A DNA stretch of 64,000 bases from Squalus acanthias. Its lineage: Eukaryota. Location of the stretch: the NCBI GenBank assembly GCA_030390025.1, contig CM059449.1:15438001-15502000 (forward strand), written 5' to 3'. The position numbers and the translations under genes are program-made. The stretch's first letter is position 1, and each line of letters starts with the position of its first letter. Shown here piece by piece: positions 13,091 to 24,800 of this stretch. The notes under the pieces were generated by a model. The model was not told where the DNA came from. It was given only the letters and a program-made list of their open reading frames with translations, and did not search any database.

Positions 13091-14409
13091 TAGTAGAGTT
13101 CGGCAAGTGTTGGGGAGAGGTGGTTCAACGCCACTGGGTTAGGGATGGAGCTTTAGCTAGATTTCGCGTACACATTGGATCTTCATCGACCATGTAATAG
13201 AAATGGCATGCGGGTGCTGATTACAGGATCGGCTTGTTAAATTCACGGTCGATGTTCACATATGTACAATGGCCACTTGGCCGAGTTACTGGAGGTCGGC
13301 CATCACTCATTGAGCGGTATGCAAATCAGAAGAGTCTTCAGGAAAAGGGAAACAGTTCAGGAACAAACTGAATAATATGTTATCAAGGAAAGTTATAGAG
13401 TTTGGCCATGTTTTTCTTAGGAGGAGAGGAGATTTCAAGAGAATGGCGCTCATGTTTGCGAGATTATGAAGCGGATTGGCCATGCTCGTCCCTTTGCTAG
13501 CGGTGGTCTCACACCTGGTTGCCTCAGTACAATTGTATTCTGACTGACAGCTTGGTCCCCAAGCTCCACTACTGCTGTTACATCCAAGGGTACCGCGAAC
13601 TGTTTTGCTTAGGTGAGACTACCGTACTGTAAGACCACTGTTAAATGCGCTTCCAGAGAGATAGTGGATTTAGCGATTGGATGAGAAGGCTTTTAGCTGG
13701 CTGGGTCCTCAGTTCTGTAATTCCCTCCCTAAGCCTCTCTACCTCGCTATTTCTCCTTTAAGACGCTCCTTAAAGCCCACCTCTGTCCTAATATGTGGCT
13801 TGGTGTCAAATTTTGATGGATAATCGCTCCTTTGAAGCGGTTTGGGACGTTTTACTATATTAAAGGCGCTATATAAATGCAAGTAGTTGTTGTTAGGTTG
13901 GATTTGTCTCACAATAGGGGACAGTGGCTCGGTTTGCCTAATGGACTTCCCTTTTTCCAAAAATGTATCAGCTTTTATAGTGCGTTCAAAAGTAGCGTTT
14001 ATCACTCTGAGGAACTTTTCGTTTTTACCTGACATGGGGGTTTGTGCAGAAACAATAAATACATTCTATGTCTGAATTTCAGTAACTGTTAGTTTACATA
14101 CCACACCGTTAAAATCTACGGAGCCAACCATATCTATAATATCTGAAAACAAAGAGAACATTTGGAAGTGAATAATTGGCTGTGGGGCGTGGTTACATGC
14201 CGGTTCTAGGAAGCAACCTTTCAGGAAATCGAAAATATGGCTCGGGACGAAGAGTAAAATTATCGCACAAAATTTAATGGCAGCATGAAAACATTCACTG
14301 TGCATAATGTTTATAGCCACAAGCATGTAGACTGGTTACACAGGAAATCCGACCGTTAATATAGCGAACAGGAAAAGTACCTTATTTTTTCATTCGAAAG
14401 GAGACATAA

Positions 14410-15690
14410 AAACCTGAGAAGATAAGAAATAGGAACAGGAGTGGGCCATTTGGACCTTCGAGCCTGCTCCGCCATTCAATAAGATCATGGCTGATCTTCT
14501 ACCGCATCTCCACTTTCCTGCACTATCCCCATATCCTTTGATTCCCTTAATATTCAAAAATCTATCGATCTCTGCCTTGAATATACTCAACGACTGAGCC
14601 TCCACAGCCCTCTGGGGTAGAGAATTCCAAAGATTCACCACCCTCTGAGTGAAGAAATTTCTCCTCAACTCAGTATTAAATGGCTGACCCCTTATTCTGA
14701 GACTGTGACCACTGGTTCTAGACTCCCCAGCCAGGGGAAACATCCTCCCTGCATCTACCCTGTCAAGCCCCGTAAGAATTTGTATGTTTCGATGAGATCA
14801 CCTCTCATTCTTCTCAACTCTAGAAAATATAGGCCTAGTCTACTCAATCTGTCCTCATAGGGCAATCCCCCCATCCCAGGGACCAGTCTGGTGAACCTTC
14901 GTTGCACTCCCTCTATGGCGAGTATATCCTTGAGTATTGCGTGCAGTTTTGGTCGCCTTATCTGAGGAAGGATGTTCTTGCCGTGGAGGGAGTGCAGCGA
15001 GGATTCACCAGACTGATACCTGGGATGGCAGGAATGACATATGAAGAGAGATTGGGACGATTGGGCTTTTATTCTCGAGAGTTTAGAAGAATGAGAGGGG
15101 ATCTCATTGAAACTTATAAAATTCTAAAAGGGCTAGACAGACTAGATGCAGGAAGGATGTTCCCGATGGCGGGGGAGTCCAGAACCAGGGGTCAGAGTCG
15201 AAGGATAAGGGGTAATCCATTTTGGACTGAGATGAGGAGGAATTTCTTCACCCAGAGAGTGGTGAACCTCTGGAATTCTCTACCACAGAAGGCAGTTGAG
15301 GCCAATTCATTAAATATATTCAGGAAGGAGTTAGATATATTTCTTAAGGCTAAAGGGATCAAGGGATATGGGGAGAAAGCAGGGACAGGGTACTGAATTT
15401 GGATGATCAGCCATGATCGCATTGAATGGCGGAGCAGGCTCGAGGGGCCGAATGGCCTACTCCTGCTCCTATCTTCTATGTTTCTATGTCTATGTTTCTA
15501 TCCTTCCTTAGGTAAGGAGACCAAAACTGTACATAATACTCCAGGTGTGGTCTCACCAGGGCCCAATATAATTGCTGTAAGACGTCTTTACTCTTGTACT
15601 CAAATCCTCTTGTAATAAAGGCCAACCTACCATTTGCTTTCCCAATTGCTTGCTGGACCTGCTAGTTAACTTTCAGTGATTCTCATACCA
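14410..15690. mobile_element. Minus-strand CR1 interrupted by a plus-strand CR1 (14932-15498)
   Basis: Host sequence resumes after the insert; duplicated TATCCTT at 14925-14931 and 15499-15505. Confidence 0.85.
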
Positions 15691-15891
15691 GAGACGGTAC
15701 AAGAATAGAAGTACACTGTAATATATGCGAGTTTTTTTCACATTAATTATAAATATAGGGTTATTGTTACTTATATTAAGGGAATGGCCTTTATCGCGGT
15801 TTAATGCTAGCCGGAGTAATGAATGTCGCATAAATGAAAGGCTAATATAGACAATAGTAGCTTGTAAGTAAGACACTGTAACAATCCTTAC

Positions 15892-18800
15892 CATGCGGGG
15901 GGATGTCGGCATAGACCTCTTCATCACTGAACCACAAAGGGAGGAAGAAGCAAATCGTTACATGTTTAAAACATGCAGTACGTGTCACATGAAAATAAAG
16001 GCAGCAAAATGTCACAGTGATATCTACGCACCATTGCAAAGGTGGAGCGAATTCTGTGGAAAGACAAAGAACAAACAAAGAATATCTGTTATATCTGAGA
16101 ACGTATTTAGCACAACTGCATTCTTAACTACGTCTCGGTTTTTATCATTTGTCAATAATAATTAATAAATGTTTATCTACGGGCAGTGGGAGTGGGAAGG
16201 GTGCACTGCAGTCGGCTCCCATTTCATGGTGCGAGCCAGTCTCATTGCAACGCTAACTGCCGGGTGAGGGTGCCCTTTATCCCTGTCTAGAAGGGCAATG
16301 TGTAAAGATAGTTTAGGACATCCAGCATCTAGCGGGCGTGGTTGACCTGAATATAATGAAGCATTAAACGGATGATGTGTAGCTGCCCCAACAAATCAAA
16401 AGCGCTGTCATACTGATCCAATAAAAGGTATGCTTTAGAGATTTTGGCTAAAGTATAGCGTTAGTACGGTGCTGTACCTGAATGGCACTCCAGCAGTGCT
16501 CGCTGCTGATACGGTGGGTAATTTTAACCTAAGGCCGGGCGGGATCGGGCGGAAGTCCGGTTTTACATATTACCCTCCACTGACTTCACTGGAGAGTAAA
16601 ATCGAGCTGTGTGTAATGCTGGCGTTGCACCCGGTCTCTTCCATTTCCCGACGTCCGTGTTCGGTTAAAATTTCCCCGTGTCCAACAACACAAGGTGAAC
16701 AATATTACATCTCCAACAAGCGAGAATCTAACCACCGCCCCTTGACGTTCAATGGCATTACCAGCGCCGAATCCCCCACCATCAACATCCTGGGGGTTCA
16801 GCATTGACAAGAAACTTAACTGGACCAGCTATATAAATACTGTGGCTACAAGAGCAGGTCAGAGGTTGGGTATTCTGTGACGAGTATCTCATCGCCTGAC
16901 TCCCCAAAGCCTTTCCACTATCTGTAAGGCACAAGTCAGGAGTGTGATGGAATACTCTCCACTTGCCTGGATGAGTGCAGCCCCAGCAACACTCAAGAAG
17001 CTCGACACCATCCAAGACAAATTAGCCTGCTTGATTGGCACCCCATCCCCATCTTAAACATTCACTCCCTCCACCACTGGCGTACCGTGGCTGCAGTGTG
17101 CACCATCTACAAGATGCACTGCAGCAACTCGCCAAGGATTCTTCGGCAACACTTCCCAAACCCGTGACCTTTTCCACCTAGAAGGACAAGGGCAACCGGC
17201 GCATGGGAACACCATCACCTGCAAGTTCCCCTCCAAGTCACACACCATCCTGACTTGGAAATATAACGCCGTTCCTTCATCGTCACTGGGTCAAAATCCA
17301 GGAACTCCCTTCCTAAAGCACTGTGGGAGTAACATTCATGACACGGACTGCAGCGGTTCAAGAAGGCGGCTCGCCACCACCTTCTCAAGGGCAATTAGGG
17401 ATGGGCAATAAATGCTGGCTTTGCCATGTACGCCCACATCCCAATAACAAATATTTTAAAATATTAGCAAAAGGCAAGCTACTGAGTTTATTCCTTGGCA
17501 ATTCGCACAAGTATAATACCGAAGCCTCGTTGAATCTTGTTAAATGATTCTTTAATCGGTGGTGCTCACCATCCACGTTAGGTTCATCATAGATCGGCTC
17601 ATTCCTTCGGGACAACAAACAAAGAAGAGGAAATGAGTGTTACTGCAGAGTTACAGAGCAATTAGCATAAAAGATGTAGGAAACGTTAACTCTGAGATTT
17701 ACCGACCTTCCCATTGGTGGAGGAACATCTGCAAAAGTAAAAGTTCACCATGAAAGCTTTGTAACGTTAATGCAATCCGTCTGAAAACAGTTCGACTACA
17801 AGAAACTGTTTCCACTGGTGGGAGGGTCGGTAACCAGAGGACACAGATTTAAGATAATTGGCAAAAGTGCGAGAGGGGAGTTAAGGAGAATTTTTTATGC
17901 AGTGAGTTGTTATGGTACGGGAAACACTACCTGAAAGGATGGTGGAAGCAGATCCCCCGCCCCCAAGATGTTTTCTCCCTATCGCCCCTTTCCCCCAGGC
18001 TCCCGCCCCGATGTTCTCTCCCTTCTCCCCTGATGCTCCGGTTCCGATATTCTCTCCCTGTCCCCCCGTCCGCATCCCCCCCACCCCCACCCAATGCTCC
18101 TGCCCCGATCTTCTCTCCCTCACCTCCCCGATGCTCCGGCCCCGATGCTTCCCTCCCTCCCTCCTGCCCAATCTTCCTCCGGCCCCCGACAACCCAACCT
18201 CACCTCCGGCCCGCACCTGATTCCCTCCCACCTCACAGCTCCCAACCAGCCTTTCCGCCCTGCACCCAACCAGGCTCCGGATTAAAATTCCGGCCATGGT
18301 AGCACCCAATCACCAGCCCGAGTCAGACCAGTTAGTTCGGCATATCTCACGGATCCAACCATGGGATCTCTCTGGCACTGGTGACTCAGGAGTACACCTG
18401 GCAGTGCATCTAGATTTTGAAGCAACCGGTCCATTGAGGAGCAGGTTAACTGCTCTGCAGGTGCGTCACTCACCAGCTGGATTAATTTCATCATAGGCGG
18501 AACCAGCGATGTCCATCCAGGGTCTGGGAAAGAGAAAAACAAACAATCACATAGCTGAAACAAAAATCCAGCTGATTAAAAAAATGCTTCACCCTCATAA
18601 CCACCAACCAACCTTTGTGCTTGCGGAGCTAACTCTGTGGGAATAAAAGTCGAAAATTAAGGTCTATCCTTTGATGCAAACAAGACATTTGATACTTTGA
18701 AATGAGATTCAAATTATATGTGCCTCTTATGTCCATCCAGCAATAATAATCAGCGAAACTACTGAAGTCCTTTACCAACAATAATTGCTAATTTAAAAAA

Positions 18801-21800
18801 AATTGTTTAAAGGACTATTTAAAAAATCGACCAGTTAAATACATATAACTAATACTTACCATTAGAAAGAATGTTACTGCAAGGCGCAATATTGCTTTGG
18901 GATCAAAACGGAAAAGGGAAAAAGATGTCAGTGGATTGAATATCTAAATGCACATCAATTAAATAGAGATATAAAGAGAAGAGTGATCAGCACTTCAATA
19001 TTCACTGACCGTTGTAACCGTGCAGGTTCGAGACCTGCGGGAATAAAAGGTGATGGAGAAAGTGTTACAACTTTACTACGGGCGGACGGTAGCATCGTGG
19101 TTATAAGAACATAAGAAATAGGAGCAGGAGTAGGCCATTCGGCCCTTCAAGCCTGCTCCGCCATTCAGTAAGATCATGGCTGATCTTCTCCCTCATCTCC
19201 ATCTCCCAGCACTATCCACATATCCCTTGATTCCCTTAGAATCCAAAAATCTATCGATCTCTGTCTTGAATATACTCAATGACTGAGCCTCCACAGCCCT
19301 CTGGGGTAGAGAATTCCAAGATTCACCACCCTCTGAGTGAAGAAATTTCTCCTCACCGCAGGCCTAAATGGCTGACCCCTTATTCTGAGACTGTAACCCT
19401 TAGCTCTAGACTCGCCAGCCAGGGGGAAACATCCCTCAGCATCGACCCTGTTATGTTACTAGACTAGTAATCCAGAGGCCTGGGCTAATGATCCGAATAC
19501 ATGGGCTCAAATCCCAGCACTGGCAGCTGGGGAATTTAAATTCAAATAATTAAATAAATCTGGAATAAAAAGCTATTATCAGTAATGGTGATCATGAAAC
19601 TACCGGATTGTCATAAAAATCCATCTGGTTCACTAATGTCTGGCCTATATGAGCCATAGCAATGTGGTTGACTCTGAAATGGCCTAGCAAGCCACCACCA
19701 AGGTGGCTCACCACCACCTCCTCGAGGGCAATTAGGGATGGGCAATGAATGAATAAAAAATAAATAAACTTTCCTTATTTGAAAGAACAGCATCCCCAAC
19801 CACAATCCGGTCAAGATCAGCTGACGGTTTCAACTGAACGAGACCAGTATCGTTTATGTAATAAACCGACTCAATCCCTAACCATCTGAAAATGTCTGGT
19901 ATTAAATATAATCATTTAATATCATTTTCTGTGCCTGAACTACAAGCAGCCCACGAATGTAAAAATAAGAGCCTAAAAATTGCCATTAATAACTTTTACT
20001 GAGGGACACCTGCCGCATTATGGAACGTGGAATAGTTCGGATTATACTTTAACAATGTAAATTGAACAATTTGTTCATCCATTAGTAATGCGGAAAGATA
20101 AATATCACACTAACCCACCAAAGGTACATTTCCCACTGGCATTTCATAGCCTATTCAAGCAAAACGTGTTCAGAGTGGTAAAACCGAGCGATTTGAACGA
20201 GTCACTTACGATCTAAAGGGATGCCTTCATAAAATCGATTATTCATTCTAAATCTCAAAGAAAAAAGGCGCATTATCGAACAGTACACACATGTTATATA
20301 CGTCAATTTTGGAAAAAAGTTTTTTGTGGGTAGGGGAGATTTACCAACCTCTGAAATTGTAGGCGGCGAACTGTAGAAATGAAAAGTAACAATAAAAGTA
20401 ACAATTTGAATATAAACATTACTAAAAAGAACCAAGATTAACTGGCCATTATCACATTGTTGTTTGTGGGATCTTGCTGTGCGCAAATTGGCTACCGCGT
20501 TTCCTGCATCACAACAGTGACTACACTTCAAAAAAGCACTTCATTGACTGTAAAGCGTTCTGAGGGCGTGAAAGGCGCTGTGTGAATGCAAGACTTTCTT
20601 TACAACAACATCAAAGGCGAACCAAATGTCACTGGCGTTTGAATGCATGCATCTACTTTATGGTTATATTCGGAAGCGCAATATTGCTCTTTCAAATAGT
20701 TACCTTTTGTCAGACCATAACCTGCGGAGAACAGGAGGAAAGCGACTAAAACTCCGGCAGCGGTGTACAACAAGCTGTTGCTTAGCGACGATTGGCTGGT
20801 TGGCTCTGTGGTCGGTTGTACTGGGAGCCGGCCGAGACAGAAGACAAAATAAGAGATTAGTTTCACCCAGAACATCACTTACTGACTCCCGCTCTCCACT
20901 GCTGGTGAATGTACAGCGTGCCCCGACACCAGCCAATAGGTAATGCTATTTCAATGGGTGATGAGAACTACAGGTGCAGCGGTGCTGATTTTTTCCATCT
21001 CCCCCCCATTTGCTAATTGGGCTTGTGATATTTGTTATTTATATTTTTGACTTTAACAGCTAATGTTTTTTTTCAAATTGATACAAAGTCAATTGTTATC
21101 GAAAATATATCGTGACAAAACACTTAACGATTATAATCTCGTCATTGAATTATCTGTTCTCAATATTCTATGGAAGAGGGGTTGGTTGTGTATGTACAGA
21201 GGAACCTGGGTATCCTTGTACACAAGTCACTGAAAGCAAACATGCAGGTGCAGCAAGCAGTTAGGAAGGCAAATGGTATATTGGCCTTCATTGCATGAGG
21301 ATTTGAGTACATGAGCAAGGATGTCTTACTCCAGTTATACAGGGCACTGGTGAGACCACACCTGGAGTACTGTGTGCAGTTTTGATCTCCTTACCTAAGA
21401 AAGGATATACTTGCCATAGAGGGAGTGCAGCGAAGGTTCACCAGACTGATTCCTTGGATGGCAGGACTGTCGTATGAGCAGAGATTGGGTCGACTAGGCC
21501 TGTATTCACTAGAGTTTAGAAGAATGAGAGGGGAGCTCATTGAAACGTATAAAATTCTGACAGGGCTAGACAGACTGGATGCAGGGAGGATGTTTCCCCT
21601 TGCTGGGGGGTCTAGAACGAGGGGTCACAGTCTCAGGATACGGGGTAGCACAATTAGGACTGAGACGAGGAGAAATTTCTTCACTCAGAGGGTGGTGAAC
21701 CTGTGGAATTCTCTACCACAGAAGGCTGTGGAGGCCAAGTCACTGAATATATTTAAGAAGTAGATAGATTTCTAGACACAAAAGCCATCTAGGGGTATGG

Positions 21801-24800
21801 GGAGAGAGCGGCAATATGGTATTGAGATAGAGGATCAGCCATAATCATATTGAATGGCGGAGTAGGCTCAAAGGGCCGAGTGTCCTACTCGTGCTCCTAT
21901 TTTTCTAAGTTTCTATGTTTCTATGTGTCAGAGTGTATGCACATGTGTTAAGGTAGGCGTGTTAGAGAGACAGAGAGAGAGCTGGGAGGTGAGAGAGAGA
22001 GCGAGAGAGAGAGAGAGAGACGAGCGGTAGAACATGGTACAAGTTATGATGGCGAGGTAGCGAGATCAGAGTTGCTTTTTCTTTTCTTTACGCTGGACAA
22101 TATATTTAATTTGAAAGGTCTACCTCTATCTTGTCCTGCACTTCATACACTNNNNNNNNNNNNNNNNNNNNNNNNNNNNNNNNNNNNNNNNNNNNNNNNN
22201 NNNNNNNNNNNNNNNNNNNNNNNNNNNNNNNNNNNNNNNNNNNNNNNNNNNNNNNNNNNNNNNNNNNNNNNNNNNNNNNNNNNNNNNNNNNNNNNNNNNN
22301 NNNNNNNNNNNNNNNNNNNNNNNNNNNNNNNNNNNNNNNNNNNNNNNNNNNNNNNNNNNNNNNNNNNNNNNNNNNNNNNNNNNNNNNNNNNNNNNNNNNN
22401 NNNNNNNNNNNNNNNNNNNNNNNNNNNNNNNNNNNNNNNNNNNNNNNNNNNNNNNNNNNNNNNNNNNNNNNNNNNNNNNNNNNNNNNNNNNNNNNNNNNN
22501 NNNNNNNNNNNNNNNNNNNNNNNNNNNNNNNNNNNNNNNNNNNNNNNNNNNNNNNNNNNNNNNNNNNNNNNNNNNNNNNNNNNNNNNNNNNNNNNNNNNN
22601 NNNNNNNNNNNNNNNNNNNNNNNNNNNNNNNNNNNNNNNNNNNNNNNNNNNNNNNNNNNNNNNNNTGTTTGTGTGTGTTTGTTTGTGTGTGTATTTGTGT
22701 GTGTGTTTGTTTGTTTGTCTGTGTGTGTTTATGTGTGTGGAAACTATCATAACTCCTTAATAAACGTTTTGGTGATCAAATGGGAATAGTTATTAAACAC
22801 ACAGGGGGAATGTTTATAGCCCATGCATCCAGACATAGAAATAGAAATAAAAACAGAAAACGCTGGAAATACTCAGCAGACTAGGCAGCCTCTGTGGAGA
22901 GAGAAACAGAGTTAACGTTTCAGGTCGGTGACCTTTCCTCAGAACTGGAAAAAGTTAGAGATGGAACAGATTTTAAGCAAGTGCAGGGGCAGGGAAAGGG
23001 AGGTGGGGAGGAAAGAACAAAAGTGACGGTCTGTGATAGGGTGGAAGGTCGGAGAAATTAAATGACAAAAGGGATGTTAGTACAAAGCAAAAGTCATAGA
23101 AATAGAATGTTATGCAAATTTTCACTACATTAATCTATTTTCTTTACATGTAAGACCCTCCGTGCTCAGTCCGCCGTTATATAGTAAGGGACCGGCCGAG
23201 CCAGGGATTATCGTGGAACAGTCCGTTAGTAATAATCAGCCAACTCACGCACTACGTCAAGCTTTGTTCCTGGTCCACTTTTTTCCGCCGATCCCAATAG
23301 TTGCACTTTGCAGTAGTAGAGCCCGGAATCGTAATGTCTCACGTCTTTTATAGTAATGGAAGCGTCCCTCCTTTGTGTGAAATCCTCGGCACTTGCCCGC
23401 GATAGCCGTCCGCTGAATTCCCTGCTTTGGGTGGTGACTTCAGGTCCGTCGACAGAGTTTTTGTGCCACTTGATCACAGCGACCCCCCCCGGGGGCCCTT
23501 CATACGTGCAGTTCAGGAGCACCGACTGCCCCTCCGTGGCGTTAATGACGGACGGGACTTGAATTACTGTAATGCTCTCTGCAGCAATTCCTGCTAGGGG
23601 ATGGTTTCTGATTAGCGAGATGCACCAAGTCTTTATTTCACCTTAACCAAACGCTGAAGATGCTGGAGGCCGCTAGTGAAGAACAGACAGGGACCGTGCC
23701 TCTCCAGACAGCCAGCGGTGGAGGGCCATTGTAAATGTAGCAAAGCTCATCCTGTTGGGTGTAATTTTCCCAGACCCCTGCCACAGTTGGGGCCCGAGGA
23801 GCAGCGGAGGGATTATTGGAACACCACGGGTGCACAGACGGACAGACATTTCCCATCAATTAACTTTAGCCGTTTTCCCATAATCTGTCCCGCTGCAGGG
23901 CTGGTGGCGCGGGGCCTCGGAAAATTGAATGGTTTGGCTACAGCCTGGAAGGAGGCCATTCGGCCCGTCGAGCCCGTGCCGGCTCTCTCTGCAAGAGCTC
24001 TTCAGCTAGTCCCACTACCCCGCCCTTTCCCCTGCGATTTTTTCCCCCTTCAAGTACTTATCCAACTCTCCTTTGAAAGCCGAGATTGAATCTGCCTCCA
24101 CCACCCTCTCAGGCAGTGCATTCCAGATCCTAACAACTCGCTGCATAAAAAAGTTTTCCCTTATGTCGCCTTTGGTTCTTCTTCCAATCACCTTAAATCT
24201 GTGTCCTCTGGTTTGCGACCCTTCCGCCAATGGGAACAGTTTCTCTCTATCTACTCTGTCCAGACCCCTCATGATTTTGAACAGCTCTATCAAATCTCCT
24301 CTCAACCTTCTCTGCTCTAAGGAGAACAATCCCAGCTTCTCCAGTCTATCCACATAACTGAAACCCTCATCCCTAGAATCATTCTCGGATTTATTTTCTG
24401 CACCCCCTCCAAAGTGCGATGCCCAGAATTGGACACAGTACTCCAGTTGAGGCAGAACCAGTGTTTTATAAAGACTCATCATAAATTCCTGGCTTTTGTA
24501 CTCTATGCCTCTATTTATGAAAATGAGAAGTCGCACAACACCAGGTTATAGTCCAACAGATTTAATTAAAATTACAAGCTTTCGAAGCTGTCGCCCCTTC
24601 CTCAAGTAAAGTTACAATCTCATTTTTGTCCACCCCAGTCCAACGCCGGCATCTCCGCATCATGACCCCTATTTATGAAGGCCAGGATCCCGTTTGCATT
24701 TCCCCCCCTCACCCCCCTCATGTCGCCTCTGGTTCTTAATCACCTTAAAACTGTGTGCTCTGTTTCTCGAACCTTCCGCCAGCGGGAACAGTTTCTCTCT

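Noticed and set aside
15689-15715. 27-nt exon candidate (VYFYSCTVS) after cassette 5
   Set aside because: The donor overlaps a CR1 fragment end, the polypyrimidine tract is poor, and it does not match the cassette pattern.
17881-18309. Pro-rich/Gly-rich ORFs
   Set aside because: By-products of the C-rich low-complexity tract.
22072-22760. Long ORFs spanning 22.1-22.7 kb
   Set aside because: Artefacts of the N run and microsatellite.
23226-23522. Rearranging Ig/TCR V gene segment
   Set aside because: The J-like strand is already in the exon, there is no RSS, and it splices to a TM exon rather than a C domain.
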